Source: Phoronis australis
Lineage: Eukaryota; Animalia; Phoronida
NCBI GenBank assembly: GCA_002633005.1
Contig: NMRA01000290.1
Location: forward strand, 457,121-521,120
DNA length: 64,000 nucleotides
Direction: 5' to 3'
A program made the translations under genes and the position numbers. Below the pieces are notes generated by a model, which was not told where the DNA came from, made no database searches, and saw nothing but the letters and a program-made list of their open reading frames with translations. Below are positions 32,266 through 45,800 of the stretch, one piece after another (positions within the stretch are counted from its first letter, which is position 1; every line of letters starts with the position of its first letter).

Positions 32266-35200
32266 CAGAGTAGTATTCTGCTGTAGTGACTTTTGAAGAA
32301 GTTTTCACCCACGAATATGAATAGAGTGCCAATTCATGTGTGTTTCATTTGTCAAATGATAGCTATTTCTGACGAAATAACCGATTCTTCCAAGCAAGCT
32401 CACCAGTTGGTACGTAATATACTTTAAAGTATGTTTTCTCTCATAATTCCGCGGTTTTATTATCATCATGATTGCTCTAAGTATATTATAATTATTATTA
32501 ATCTGAGAAATATTTTTATAAAGAAAGCTGTTGTTTTGTATGTCAAAATACAACTTCACAAGTTAGAGAAATGTAATTTATTTATCATTGGTTGTCAATA
32601 ACATGTTTGGGAAAAATGTTACAAGATAACTAATATAAAGACATTGAACAATGTGTACACAAGCAATTTTCAGAAAAACTGGAATGTCCATCTGAGGCTG
32701 GGTGTATGTAATGTAGCGCCTATCACAGATGACTTGAAACAAGCAATACTTTTGACAATACATCTTGGCTATTTTAAAGAATATGGTAACCTAGCCTTGG
32801 TACAAAGCTGAGCAAAAATGACTGCTAAAATATTGTAATTTTTGTATTTTCCAAACGCTCCCTACAATATAATTAAAAATATTCAAAATTTCATCATGGA
32901 TTCATAATAACACCAGTACAATATAAACTCTCCAAACAATGATTAGTAAATTTTTTCTTCCTGTTTTTTGAAAGTTGGTAAAATAAAATTTCATTGGTCA
33001 GTGAAATTGAGTTCTAAATTGAAGAAACTTGACCATGTGTGCATCAGTACATCTGAGATTCAACAAATAAGAGCTGTAGTAAAACCTTCACAAATTCCTT
33101 TAATTTATGGTAAAACCTCTCCAATTAAGGACAAAATCGAAATTTCGTTTTCTCATTTTTAGCAAACAATAAATAGCACAAAATTAATGCTTTTCCATTT
33201 TTAAGTTTTATACGGTTGCTACCACCAGACACCATTTCAAAGGATTGTGGTCATCAATAATGCTAGAAGCTTTTGAAAAGTAAAAAGATGGCAGTTATTT
33301 TTGTCCAAAATTGGAGAAATCTTACCATATATTCAAATACTAAGACTTCTCTGATAAGTTAAAACAATGTAAGTTAGGCAATTGCTGCCACAAATTCTTT
33401 TGCCACATCAAGACATTACCATTCATTTCACCCTCCACCCAACAAATGATACGAACCAGGTGAGTGTGTCACAACGACACACCACCTCTCTAACATGCTC
33501 CCTTTATCATGCCACACAGATGGTCTCAAAACAAAAAATGTGAGCATGTAAATGAAGGCACACTTCTTTTGCAACATCACAACATGATAGTAATTCTGTG
33601 AAAAATGAATGCTCAAGGTAAACCTACTAAGCTTTGCTGTGTAAAGCCAAAAGCAGAACATGAGTGTATAAAGAATGCTCGCTTAGCAACAGAAGTGGTC
33701 TTTCACACATCATACTGTCTCTGCCTTTGACATCTGACAACAACGATACTTGGGAATTATTGTTAAGCTATTCGAAACGAACTTCTTGATTTTACAAAGA
33801 TGTTAAAATACAAATAATATCACTTTGACCAATACAGGGTTCAAAATATAACGACCATCATGGAGCCCTACAAAAATGTTTACGGTAAACTTAAAGTGTG
33901 TAAGAATAAGAAATTTGTAAATACTTAATGCAACAGATCTCAAGGAGAAACAGCATATACAAAACCTATGATATTCTAACACAATATAAATAACAACAAA
34001 TGTCTGCCTTTTATGGTCAAAATATGAATGTTTCAAAGCCTTTCTGAAGAATTGGGTAATAATAAATACAACAATAAATATTTCTGAAATAGGCCTAACT
34101 CTTAACAAATGTAAGAGATGTTTGGCACTTGGTTTTCAGGTTTTTAAACATTAAAGCTATATTAAGCACTACATCGGTAATTGGTTGGCATGGAACTCAC
34201 AAGTGTCATCTTTGGTTTAATAAACCAGTTCATTCTAATTTTATCTTACTTTGAAGTTGGCCAGTTTTGACCCGCTCAATATAGTGACTGAAATCATGAC
34301 TCATTCAAATTTGGCATCAGTATATTATGACTCAGCTTTGATATAATATCAGAATTCAACTTGCTTTCCAAAAGGAAGCAAATACATCTACTAACTGAAA
34401 CTAGACGTGAACGAAGTAATTTTAATTGGTCATTGCCAGCCAGTATGGCTTCAATATTACAATAGGCCTCACATGCCTCCTGAGTCCCCTGAGGCTTGGT
34501 AAAAAGGTATGATGAAATCCATAACAGGAAATGGGTTGTTTCAATGGTAATGCTTCACTATTTACCACACAATATGGCAGGTAAGTGAACTTTTAAGTTG
34601 TCAAATTTTGCAACAAAAGCAAATTAAGTATCGCTTAGCCTCTATAGTTAGCTTAGTTTGTAGTGTGCAGATAACATAAAACAACTTTTGGTAAAGTTTC
34701 CAATGTTAAGCAACATTGTAACTAGCCTTTGAAAAATAGGAAACCGAGAATTTTGGCAATTAAAGAATTACCATACACTTATGATTACAAACTCTGTGTG
34801 CAAATATAGTGTCGAGTAAATTTCTCCCACCACTTGAGAACAATATCTGGCATGATAAGACACAAAGCATAGATTTCAGGCAAGTTGCACAAGTAAGAAT
34901 CTCATATGGAATAAATAGAATTTTAAAAATACACAATGTTCTCTTAATTCAAGAAAGACTGCAAAAAACATAACTGAGCCAATATTATCCACCATTAATT
35001 AAACATCACGGTAGTGGTGGTCAGTTAATATATAGAATGATTAGGCTTGCAAAGGGCAATATAACAGTAACCACAACACAATATCCCAGTTGACATAAAC
35101 AGTTGTAAAAACTATTGGGTGTAAATAGATGACAACACGTTTATCACCAAGCTACTCAAAGTTTACTACATCCAAGTGGGGTAGCAACTGTTTCTGTTGA

Positions 35201-35379
35201 GAGTTCAGCTGTTCCTGTTTTCAGTCTTATAGGACTTTAATAAGAGTAACACAAAGTGTTGAAATACATCTACGCAAACGATATGCTACTAGGGATGTTT
35301 TTTAGAATCAAATAACATATCAAGTACTACAGAATGCAGCATAAGTCAAGTCCTGCTGAAACAAGGCAAGTTTTATTGC

Positions 35380-36180
35380 CTCCTTGACACAAACTTTTAA
35401 GGCAAATTTTGTGAACATCCATCAGAAAGCTAGTTAGTGGAGCAATGTGCAAAGAAAACCACTAGGGGGTGCCAGAGTAGTCAGATTCATCACAAAATCA
35501 ACACCTGGCGTACTCTCCTCAATTAAAACACATAATTATACCAAATTTCACGAACACCCATCAACGAACTCAGTAGATATGAAGGCATTGACAAAAAGCA
35601 TCTGAGGCACCAGGGACGCCACAGTCGTTGGACCCATCCAAAAATGTAGGTCAACCGTGATCATCTTAATAGGAATACATTTATCAAATTTCAAGCACTT
35701 TGTCGGATAGCAAGGCGGATTCCAAACATAGACGCAAAAATGATAAAAATGACAACTAGGGGGTGCAGAATGCATTGAATCCATCCCAAAATGGGAACGT
35801 GTCACTGCCCCCTTAATATAAAAAGGTATTTGCCAGATTTCATGAAAATCTATCAAGGAATTAGTTCACAGATAGAGACGCATACACTAAGAATAGTTAC
35901 CTAACTTATCACAGTAGTTCAAAAATTGAAGTCAACCACGCTCATCTCAAGAGAAACACATCTGTGAAATTTCACAACGATCATTCAAGCGGTTTGGCGA
36001 AAAGCAAGCTAGAAGCAGACACCAAAAACAGAATGTAAAAATAATAAAAACAGCCACTATTAAACGCAGATAAACATTATAATTCGTCAAAAATTGGAAA
36101 GGTATTGTTGTCTCCATAATAGAAACCTATTTGCCACATTTCACAAAAATCCGTATCCAGAACTCAGCAGATATATCATT
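35380..36180. repeat. Array of ~150-bp diverged subunits (ccactagggg...aaatttca family; Helentron/HINE-like core)
   Basis: Recurrent ccactaggggg/caactaggggg, gtcaaccg and aaatttcac motifs, same family as 55281-58210. Confidence 0.55.
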
Positions 36181-36520
36181 TGGCCTGGGGTCTGAAATCG
36201 TCTCCAAATAAGTTGCTATACCGGTAATTGCTTATTGGTAAAGGAAGCTTTCACAATTATCGCTCATAAGCGTAAAAACATTAGGTGTTTGAGAGGAAGG
36301 GGCTTACTGCTACTGTACACTTTCAACATTATAAAAATGTTGATGCTGAATAACAGAACATCAACATTTTTAATAGCTTTCCACATTGTAACAGCATGAC
36401 GAAACTACCAACAGCAGAAATGTTGCCAAGATTCAGCCAGGCAAAAACTAAATAGTCTTGAAGGGATTGTTTGAAAATAAAGTTTTATTTTGATGGTACG
36501 CCACTGTGCAGACCAACACT

Positions 36521-37288
36521 TGTCGTGTCACATAGGCTCATTCTGCCTTACTCTCCCTTTCTGGATTAGTTTTTAAGTATCTCGTTAGATGTCGCTATGA
36601 GATTGCCATTATGGACGCCGCATGCTCGGAACTGTTTTTACTAGAGTTATTTTAGTTATTCCTAGAATTTGGCCTTGTTACAGAGGATAGTTTGTAAGTA
36701 GTTTGTTATTTAGTCATGTTTCCTTCCGTTCTTGTAGGTATTTGCTTCAGCATTCTCGTAATTTCAGTACTGTAGGTTTATTTGCCGTCTTTTCGATCTG
36801 CCATTGTTTGCTACTGATTTGTAGGATCCCTCATTGTGGTGCATTTCTCTACTAGTTCAGAGTATTTGACTTTCATTACTGTTTATTTAGATTAAGGAAT
36901 TCGCAGTATTATTCTTGCAGTATTTGCAGTACCTATTCTCCAAATATTTCTAGATATTCCTTTGGTGTAGCTCGGTCTCTTTAGAAATTATCTCCCCTTA
37001 TTTCATTGGACTTTGTCCTTGTCTTGTGTGGGGTTTGTTTTATCTTCCTCTTTAGCGCTCTTGTATGCCTTTGTAAATAGCACAGCATACTGACACTTTT
37101 CATTGTTTTCCTTCAGTTTTCACTAGCTTACAATAAATGATCCACTTCTGGAATTGTTGTATTTATTGTTTAAATTCATTGTATAGATCATATGTTTAGA
37201 AGAACTTTAAACCTATTGATGCAGATCAATACAAAGGTACAGCGACCCCTGGCGAGGACTTTGGTGACATCCCTGCCCCTACATGACA
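36521..37288 (+). repeat. 5' LTR
   Basis: Direct repeat of 41033-41664, with TG...CA ends and short inverted termini. Confidence 0.85.
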
Positions 37289-37789
37289 GGACCGTCAGTG
37301 AAAAAAACTTCCAAAACAGAAACGAAGTTCCAACCAAAACACTACTAAATGGCTGAGTCTGAACAATCTAACAAGCTAGTTGAGTCTACTGGACGTCTGC
37401 AAACACTCACCGAGAAGGGTGAAGACCTCCACATGCAAGAAGTCGACCGCCGCTCTAAGAGACTTAACAAATTAATTGCAGAAATTGATCATGACATTTT
37501 AAGCAGTGCCACCTGCCCCAATGTGGTCTCCTCTATCCAGTCCATACAGCAGGACCTGGAGGAAAAGCTGAATTTGTTTAACGAGTACTCTTTGGAGTTT
37601 GTGGACTCGTGCATCAAAACACAGCCCTTAGCCAGGAGCGACTCAAAGAGCATGAGGCCAATGCTGAAATTATTTTAAGAAAAGGGAAGTCAGTTATCTC
37701 AAAGCTTCAACATACTTCGGAATTGTTACAAGATGACACCAGATCGGCGTTGACGTCAAGGCTTTCTAAACAGCGTCCTGGATCCTAGA

Positions 37790-39567
37790 ATCTTGGCCTA
37801 TAGGGAGGGCTATAGTTGTCAATATGCACTACTCAGGCTCACAGAGACCTGAAAGTCAGCCCTTTAAGTGCCACGCTGGAGCAGTAATGATGGACCTCAG
37901 AAAGGCATTTGACTACCTCACACATGAGCTGATTATATCAAAGCTGTCAGTCTATGGCATGTCTGATGAGGGATGTGCTTTGATATGGTCCAACCTATCC
38001 AATTAGCCAAAGGGTAAAACCAGTGGCGGATTTGGAGGGGGGCCAAGGGGGCCATGGGACCTCCTAAAATTCTCCAAGATTCCATTGGGCAGTTCGGGAG
38101 ACCCAATGTCTGACAGGCAAAATCTTGGCTAATACTCTGCCCTGGCTCCCCCCTAACTCAAAATCCTTGATCCGCCCATAGAAACTGTCTGAATTTTTCA
38201 GTAGCTGGCTCTGTCTTACGAAAGGCATTCCCCAAGGCTCACTGCTAGGGCCTGTACTTTTTAATGTTTTTGTAAATGATCTCTATTCTGCGATTAAAGA
38301 CTCAAACCTTGTGAACTATGCGGATGAAAACACAATCTCTGTCATTAGAGACTCCAGGGCCGAGGTCATTAGGACTTTAACATCAGAGTCGGAGATTGCG
38401 ATCTCATGGTTCCGGGATAATATGATGGAGGCCAACTCATCAAAGTTTCAGGCCATTATGTTCAATGGCAGCAGTGCCACTAGATTCTGGATCGGAGATG
38501 ATATCATATCCTCTGAAGACACCGTGGTATTGCTGGGTGTCACTTTGGACAAACAGCTAAGTTTTGCACAGACATCAGAGTTCTCTGTCAGAAGGCTGCG
38601 GTGCAGCTTAGTGTCCTTCAAAGGCTGTCAGGACAGCTTGACCATGTGTCACGGATGGCTATTTTTCGACGTTTTTGTCCTGTCACACTTTAGTTACTGT
38701 AACTCAGTGTGGCATTTCTGCAGCGCGAAGAACACTGTAAAACTCGAGCGCCTACAGTACAGGGCACTCAGATTTGTGTATCAGGACTGGAATGCGAGCT
38801 ACACTGAACTCCTCGCTAGAGCAGATCTCCCGACCCTTGAACTGTCTAGAAAGCACGCTATCCTTCTAGAGGTATACAAATCATATCATCATTTGTCACC
38901 CCCTTTTATGTGGACCTCTTTGAGGAAAAAGCGTCTCATTATAATCTGTGGTGGCATTACTGCGTCATTTTATCTTCACTTGAGAATGAAACAAGTATGA
39001 TTCGAAATATCGTGTGTCTTTTAATTATGTCGCTAGGTCAGTTACTGTGTCTGTGTTCAGTTGAGAGTAGAGTTTTGTTCCGAAAGTACGAACGCAACGG
39101 AACAAAGACTGTGAACAATGAAAAGTGTTGTGCATGTAACAAATTCATTATAATCTGCGTAATAAACCTGTGCTACGTGTGAAACATTGTCGAACAGTGC
39201 GCCAAAGTTTAAACTCTTTATCAGTGTGCCAAACTCTGGAACTCTCTTCCAAATGAGGCCAAGTTCATGGACTATAAACTTTTTAAGAATTTTATTAAAT
39301 CTTGGACAGAACCCCCGTGCAGGTGAGGGTATGCAGATTTTAAATCTGGTGTGTATGTATATGTGTGTGCATGCCATACTTTCATGATATCTTATTAATA
39401 TGTGTTTTTTCTCATCTTGTTATATGTTTTGTTTTATCATTATTTTATTGTTCATTATTTATGCTTTTTATGTTATTATTCACAGTCGGTGATATTAGCC
39501 TTCGGCTAGTGTTTGTCTGTTTTGTCAAACTGACTATTAATAAAGAGATTGATTCATTTGATTGATT
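37790..39567 (+). mobile_element. 5'-truncated LINE (CR1/L2-group reverse transcriptase) inserted in the BEL gag region
   Basis: RT motifs GAVMMDLRKAFD, KGIPQGSLLGPVLFNVFVNDL, NYADEN, LLGVTLD, HFSYCNSVW. The 3' end is AATAAA followed by an (ATTG)n tail at ~39549-39567. Contains frameshifts and stops. Confidence 0.9.
38021..38180. mobile_element. GC-rich MITE inserted in the LINE RT
   Basis: cagtggcggat ... atccgcccat imperfect TIRs. Removing it restores approximately QRVK-L-SEFFSSW...KGIPQG. Confidence 0.7.
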
Positions 39568-41032
39568 GAAGAAAACCGATCACAAATGAAAGCGGAAGAA
39601 GCTCGTAGCCGCCTCAAATATACAGAACAAGCAGCGGCTATAACTAAGAAAAAGGCACAACTTCTTCAGGCTCAACAGGAGCTGGAGACTGGCCTGGAAT
39701 TGCTAAAACATGGAGAAGAGTTAGCCGAAGCCCAAGTGAGGTTGGAGATGGGGTTAGAATCAGACGTCACAGCAGGTTTCAGGAACTTGCCCACACTGCA
39801 GCCACCCAATCCCAGTAAAATAGAAAACGAAACAAAAACCCCAATGCCTCACCCTTTGTAACAATGGCACCTGGTCCTGTTCCTCGACTGGATGCGCCCG
39901 ATAAACTTGCAGTGTCACTTGCTTGGCAAGCCCTGCCGAAGTGCCACCCCAACGTGTTCAATGGAGACGCAACAGTATTTTACCCCTGGCGTAATTCTTT
40001 CAAGGCAGTGCTTGGGGATGCTAATATTCATCCCAAGATGTCTGACCTACCAGAGGATAGGACTGAGCCTACGCCCCCCTTCACTAATGTTGGTTGTGAC
40101 GTTTTTGGACCTTGGTCAGTTCTTACCAGAAGAACTAGAGGTGGTTCCACTGACTGATGGGGTCTGGTTTTTACCTGCCTGTACAGTCGAGCCATTCATA
40201 TTGAGTTGCTGGAATCGATGGATACTGATGCCTTCATTTGTGCTCTACGTCGATTTGTTGCCATTCCAGGAGCTATCACTAGGTGTGTGATGTGACCAAG
40301 GAAGCACAAGCAGAACTGGAAAGGGCCCTGGGAGAGTTAAACCAGGAGAGAATCTGCAGTCACCTCTTCGCCCAAAACTGCGAGTAGATATTCAACCCTC
40401 CTCATGCCTCGAACTTTGGAGGAGTCTAGGAAAGGCAAATCTCCACCTATATGGTATGCTTGTTGGCTTGGGAAGTCCTCAACTGACCCATGAGCTGCTA
40501 TCGACGCTTCTACCTGAAGTCTCCGCTATTGTCAACACTCGACCAATGGCTACCATTTCTACTGACGTTGAGGTTGCAGAACCATTGTCCCCGTCTGTGC
40601 AGCTCCCTATGAAATCACGTCCGATTAACTCTCCTTTAGGCAATTTCATGCAGCAGGACCAGTACAGTCGTCGACGTTGGAGGCGAGTGCAGTACTTAGC
40701 TACTCAGTTTTGGGTACGATGGCGACCAGAATACCTGGGGAATCTCCAACGATGTGAGAAGTGGCAACAAGTGCGTAGGATTATCTCAGTTGGTGATGTG
40801 GTACTTATGCGCGACCAGGATGTACTTCGCAGTGAATGGCCACTCGGAAGAGTTACGGAGACCTTCAACTCTGATGATGGTATCGTGGGGAAGGCTTGTG
40901 TGGAGACCGCCCCTGATGGAGTCAAGAAGACTTACACTCAGCCTGCTAAAGAACGTATTGTTTTACTTCAAGACAATTGACTGTATTTCGTATTCTGGCA
41001 CTTTTGTAAAGGCTTTGCCTTTAGGAGCGGAG

Positions 41033-41664
41033 TGTCGTGTCACATAGGCTCATTCTGCCTTACTCTCCCTTTCTGGATTAGTTTTTAAGTACCTTGTTAG
41101 ATGTCGGTATGAGATTGCCATTATGGACGCAGCATGCTCGGAACTGTTTTTACTAGAGTTATTTTAGTTATTCCTAGAATTTGGCCTTGTTACAGAGGAT
41201 AGTTTGTAAGTAGTTTGTTATTTAGTCATATTTCCTTCCGTTCTTGTAGGTATTTGCTTCAGTGTTCTCGTAATTTCAGTAGTTTTATTTGCCATCTTTT
41301 CGATCTGCCATTGTTTGTTACCGATTTGCAGGACGCCTCATTGTGGTGCATTTCTCTAGTTTCAGAGTATTTGACTTTCATTACTGTTTATTTAGATTAA
41401 GGAATTCGCAGTATTATTCTTGCAGTATTTGTTGTACCTGTTCTTCAGATATTTCTAGATATTCCTTTGATGTAGCTCGGTCTCTTTAGAAATTATCTCC
41501 CCTGATTTCATTGGACTGTGTCCTTGCCTTGTGTGGGGTTGTTTTATCTTCCTCTTTAGCGCTCTTGTATGCCTTTATAAATTGCACAGCATACTGACAC
41601 TGTTCATTGTTTTCTTTCAGTTTTCACTAGCTTACAATAAATGATCCACTTCTGGAATTGTTGT
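41033..41664 (+). repeat. 3' LTR (3'-truncated)
   Basis: Near-identical to 36521-~37161 with scattered substitutions and small indels; lacks the last ~130 bp. Confidence 0.88.
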
Positions 41665-42801
41665 AATTTGTAGTTAGTCAGATAAAAAAACAGACCATAT
41701 AAAATTATCGCTGTTGTATGCCTTGGGGGAGGGGGAAAAGAGTGTGCTTCGTACGCTAGTGAAAATGGCAATAATTGTGAGCCTTCTCTTACCTAACTCC
41801 ATGGGTTATAATGCGATTCAGCCCAGCTTACCAATAGCCTGTCTGGTGTCAGCTTTGAACTGTAGCAAGCAGTCATAATTTTGGTGAAGGTGGTTCGATT
41901 TTAATGATCAAAATACTATTGCTGACGGTTTGAGTTAGTTATTCTTTTTGTCAAAAATTCTGAGTTGAAAATATCACAATCAATAAAATATTTTGCACAG
42001 GAACATATCTAATATCAATAAGTTATGCACACGCATTTTGGTTTAATTTTATGGCTAATAACTGGCCTCACTAAGGGTACCCAACTTGAGGGCAAAATGT
42101 AGACACTAATGTAAAAAGCTAAAATTGCCACAAGGGGGCAGAGCGGTGGTTGAATCTGTCTGAAAATGCACTCACGCTGTCCCATTCATGATAGGATCAC
42201 GTCTGCAAAATTCCACGAACATTCAACAAGAGGTTTTGGAGATACAGCAACGGACACCGGACATCAGATGGATAGACAGAAATGACTGAATAATGGGCCC
42301 ACATATACATGCACGCAAGTGTAAATGCCTGTACAAATAAATACAATGTTTTCAAGTGAAACACATCTAACATCCACAAAATGAAAAACCTGCTGCAAAT
42401 AAATAATGAGAATAATCATAACGGGAATTTTGGAAATAAGCCCATCCAAAAAAGGTGTATGTGCACAATGATTATCCATTGGCGCAGACTTTCAATACAA
42501 CTTTTGGTGATAGACTTGCAACATTTTGATGGTTTCTGTGTTTTCCCCACATATGGGAAAACGAAAATGAGGCTTAATGAGTAACACGAGTCTTCCAAGT
42601 CTGATCAAGTGCACATTCACGATCATGATATCTTGATAAACCTGTAGCCTTGCAATACAGCAACTGTGAGTTACTACAGAGAATGAATAAACCATAGCTT
42701 GATTTACAACAATTTTAAAACCTCAAAAAAGAACCCAAAACCCTGGAAAATTTTTAACATTTTCACTGTCTTCTAAAAATTTTTATGTCTCCTGCCTGTG
42801 T

Positions 42802-45800
42802 CTAAGAATTCTTTTTCACACCATCTGCAATACAGTTATTACCAGAGTTCTTGAAGATCCTGACAAAGTTCTTTTGACTGGCTGCATGGCTTTTAAACTC
42901 ATCTAGAAAATGAACAAAGGTCAGTACTGTAAGAAATCACTAAACAACAATGGCATTCCGACTGTTTGCGTCAAAGGCAAGAGAGGTTACACAGACTCTG
43001 AAAGATCATGTGGAATGAAATAAAATGTGACAAAATGCAGGTAAAAGCAAGTTACCATGCTAAGGTGTGCTATTAAAAGGATAAATCCAACATTTTCAGC
43101 GCTGTAGAAAGGACTCTGCTTAATGTTATACCCTCGGTTTCAATGTAAATTATGATAATAAGCGGCATATTCCATTAAGCAGGTACTGAGTTGGCAATGA
43201 TCATAACCACTCTACTAAGCTGATCGTGCTAAGAGGAGAGTCGGAGTGTTTGACAGCTAAACAGGAAAACACCCATCCGATATTTTAAAGCAGGTGCTGA
43301 GCTCCCATAAGACAGCTGAATTAAGATGAATTAGGTTGGTTCTTGGGTAGAACAGCGAAGGTAAGTAGTCAATAAGCGAATGAGAATCAATTTTGCAGAT
43401 TTCTAATGACACTATCTGAGAACATGACAGTAATTCAGGACAAAATGGCAATTATTTTGGATGGCTTTAATTAGAAATTAGTATTTTTTCAACATATCAT
43501 TACAATAACCGGGATATTCTATTATCCGGTACGACATTAAGTAGGCTCTATTATATTAGTTTTAAATTGTCATCAGGCATATTTTAATAATTTACTTTTC
43601 CTCGACATCTAATAACCATGGATGCAAAGTTAATGAAGTGAGGTAATTGGTGTTCTGTTTCATTTCTAGGGTCCATTTCACTGAGCAAACAATGCACGGC
43701 TCATAGTCAATCAGCCATAGTGCTTGCTTATTGAAATAATACACAGAAACTTTTAATGTTATCCGTGGCAAATAATGTACATGTACACTCTACTGTTTAT
43801 TGTTTCACGTGACTAGTAAATACTTATGTTAGAACATAATAAACATTATGAAGAATAAAAACTATGAACTCAAGAAACATGGCAGACCAGCTATGTCAAT
43901 AAAAAAGATGATAAAAATAACCAATGGGTTGTAGTTATAACTACAACAAATAATTGGTGTGTCAAAGATGTATTTGTAGTGAAAGCAACACCAGAAACGT
44001 TTTTCCTTTAATAATGGCTGCACAGGCACCTTACCATAGCCAACTGTAGAAATGTCAGACTTCCCCATCTCAGACCACAGTTTATCTATATCTCCAGCCT
44101 CCAGGCCATACACCTCTTGTAGTAGATAAGTGAGATCAGATACTTTTATGCTGTGCACTTCATCACTCAACAGCTGAAAACGAGATAAATTTCCTTGTCA
44201 CAGAATCTGCGTCCTTTAATATTTGAACAGAGTAAAACACTATTATTAAACAAGATTGCTCGTGCACATCCCGGGTTTACAACTGTTACGACTATTGTGT
44301 TGGACACACACACGTTTCAATGACAAGTCAACTGCACAGTGATTGACTATAGGCATTTGATAGCGAGAGAGAGAGAGAGAGAGAGCATTTGCCAAAGAGG
44401 GAGGGAGGGGAGGNATGGAAGAGAGGCAGGGAGGAATGGAGAGAGAAAAAGAGGGAGAATGACTACAAAACATCTAAAACACATCATCAGGCCGATAATG
44501 TTAAGTGTGCTTGAAAGTTTACCTTGAACACAAGTTGAAGAGTGACCTCTGGTGAATCAACATTACATATCACAGAGAGTCCAATGACATAGTCTAGAAA
44601 ATCCACACTATCAGATTTGTTCTGAAATAGGTTATACAATCAAAGCTGAAATTAGTACAGTCACAGTAGCACTTAGAACATTTAACGGACTACTTGTTCA
44701 TTCCTGATTTTAAAAAAAAAATGTTTATGACAAATAGCGTTTCCAGATGATGCTGTAAGCATAAAACAAAAGAAAGGGATTCATAGACCTATGATCCAAC
44801 AATTTCATTATGAAAATCAGACATGAGAGGCCTCAACATTGATAAACTTGTATTCAAAACAGAACTCACTCTTATAGTCCCTTTGATTTCAAAGAGAATA
44901 CCACGAGAGATCGGCAGTAAAAATTCTTTGGTTCAGATAGGGCACAAAATGAAGATTGAAGTGGAATTTTCTTTTGACAAAATTGTCATTACAAATTAAT
45001 AAGTCTTAGAGTAGTTTGGTAGCAATCCCTTGGTGCAAAGAAATGAACATTAAGAAATTTAAACTGTTGGTAAAATAGTTTCTACTGCACACATGTAACT
45101 TATCAACAATTTGCAAAAAATGAGCAAGTGCAGCAAAGTAATAAGCTTTAAACAAATAAAGAACACAAATTTTAGCAACTCATTTTATACAAAATGTAAC
45201 CAGAACTATTGAAACATTTGTTTCACAGAATGATATAAACATGCAGCTGGCTTTACGTAAAATGAGAATCTCACGCGGTCAAACATGCGAAAAAGCTTTT
45301 CCAAGTCATCAGACACTGATCTATTCAATTTTTGAGCAAATTCTTGCAGCGTCATTGTGCGAGGTATCAGCTGGCAGACAAGCGTAGACAGCAGCTCTTT
45401 GGAACCCTTCACGTTATACCTGAAATATGGCATTTTACTCTCACAGTGAATGCATCACTTATGGGTTTCCAAACTTATCGGAAAAGTGGGACAAAATCCC
45501 CATCTTGTTGCATGAACTCGCCTAAGCTTAAGATGCAGAATACCAGCATGAGGCCTTACAAACGTCCACTAAATTCCTTCTATACAGTAACAGGTTAGCA
45601 ACATGACAATAAGGGAAGTCAGACAAAAATTCACATTGCTTCTTATCTAACAAAGTGTCCATTACACGGCAGTGACCACCGAATGATAAGTATTGCACCC
45701 ATGGTCATATAAAAACCTGATGAACACATCTTTGCCAATTTTCCATGTCACAAACCATGACGGCGTTTTCCCGTTCAATGACTTTACCAGATGTAGAGGG

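Larger units (their letters stand above)
36521..41664 (+). mobile_element. BEL/Pao LTR retrotransposon, internally deleted and decayed
   Basis: 5' LTR 36521-~37288 (TGTCGTGT...ACATGACA). The 3' LTR runs from 41033, is truncated at ~41664, and is preceded by the purine tract aggagcggag. Gag-like ORF 37349-37678 resumes at ~39568. Integrase remnant MSDLPEDRTEPTPPFTNVGCDVFGPW and the C-terminal RRRWRRVQYLATQFWVRWRPEYL...VGDVVL...WPLGRV are typical of BEL/Pao. No protease/RT/RNase H seen. Confidence 0.92.

Noticed and set aside
38311-39000. 229-aa ORF as a host gene or as the BEL reverse transcriptase
   Set aside because: The motifs are non-LTR (LINE) RT with their own 3' tail, and the frame is broken.
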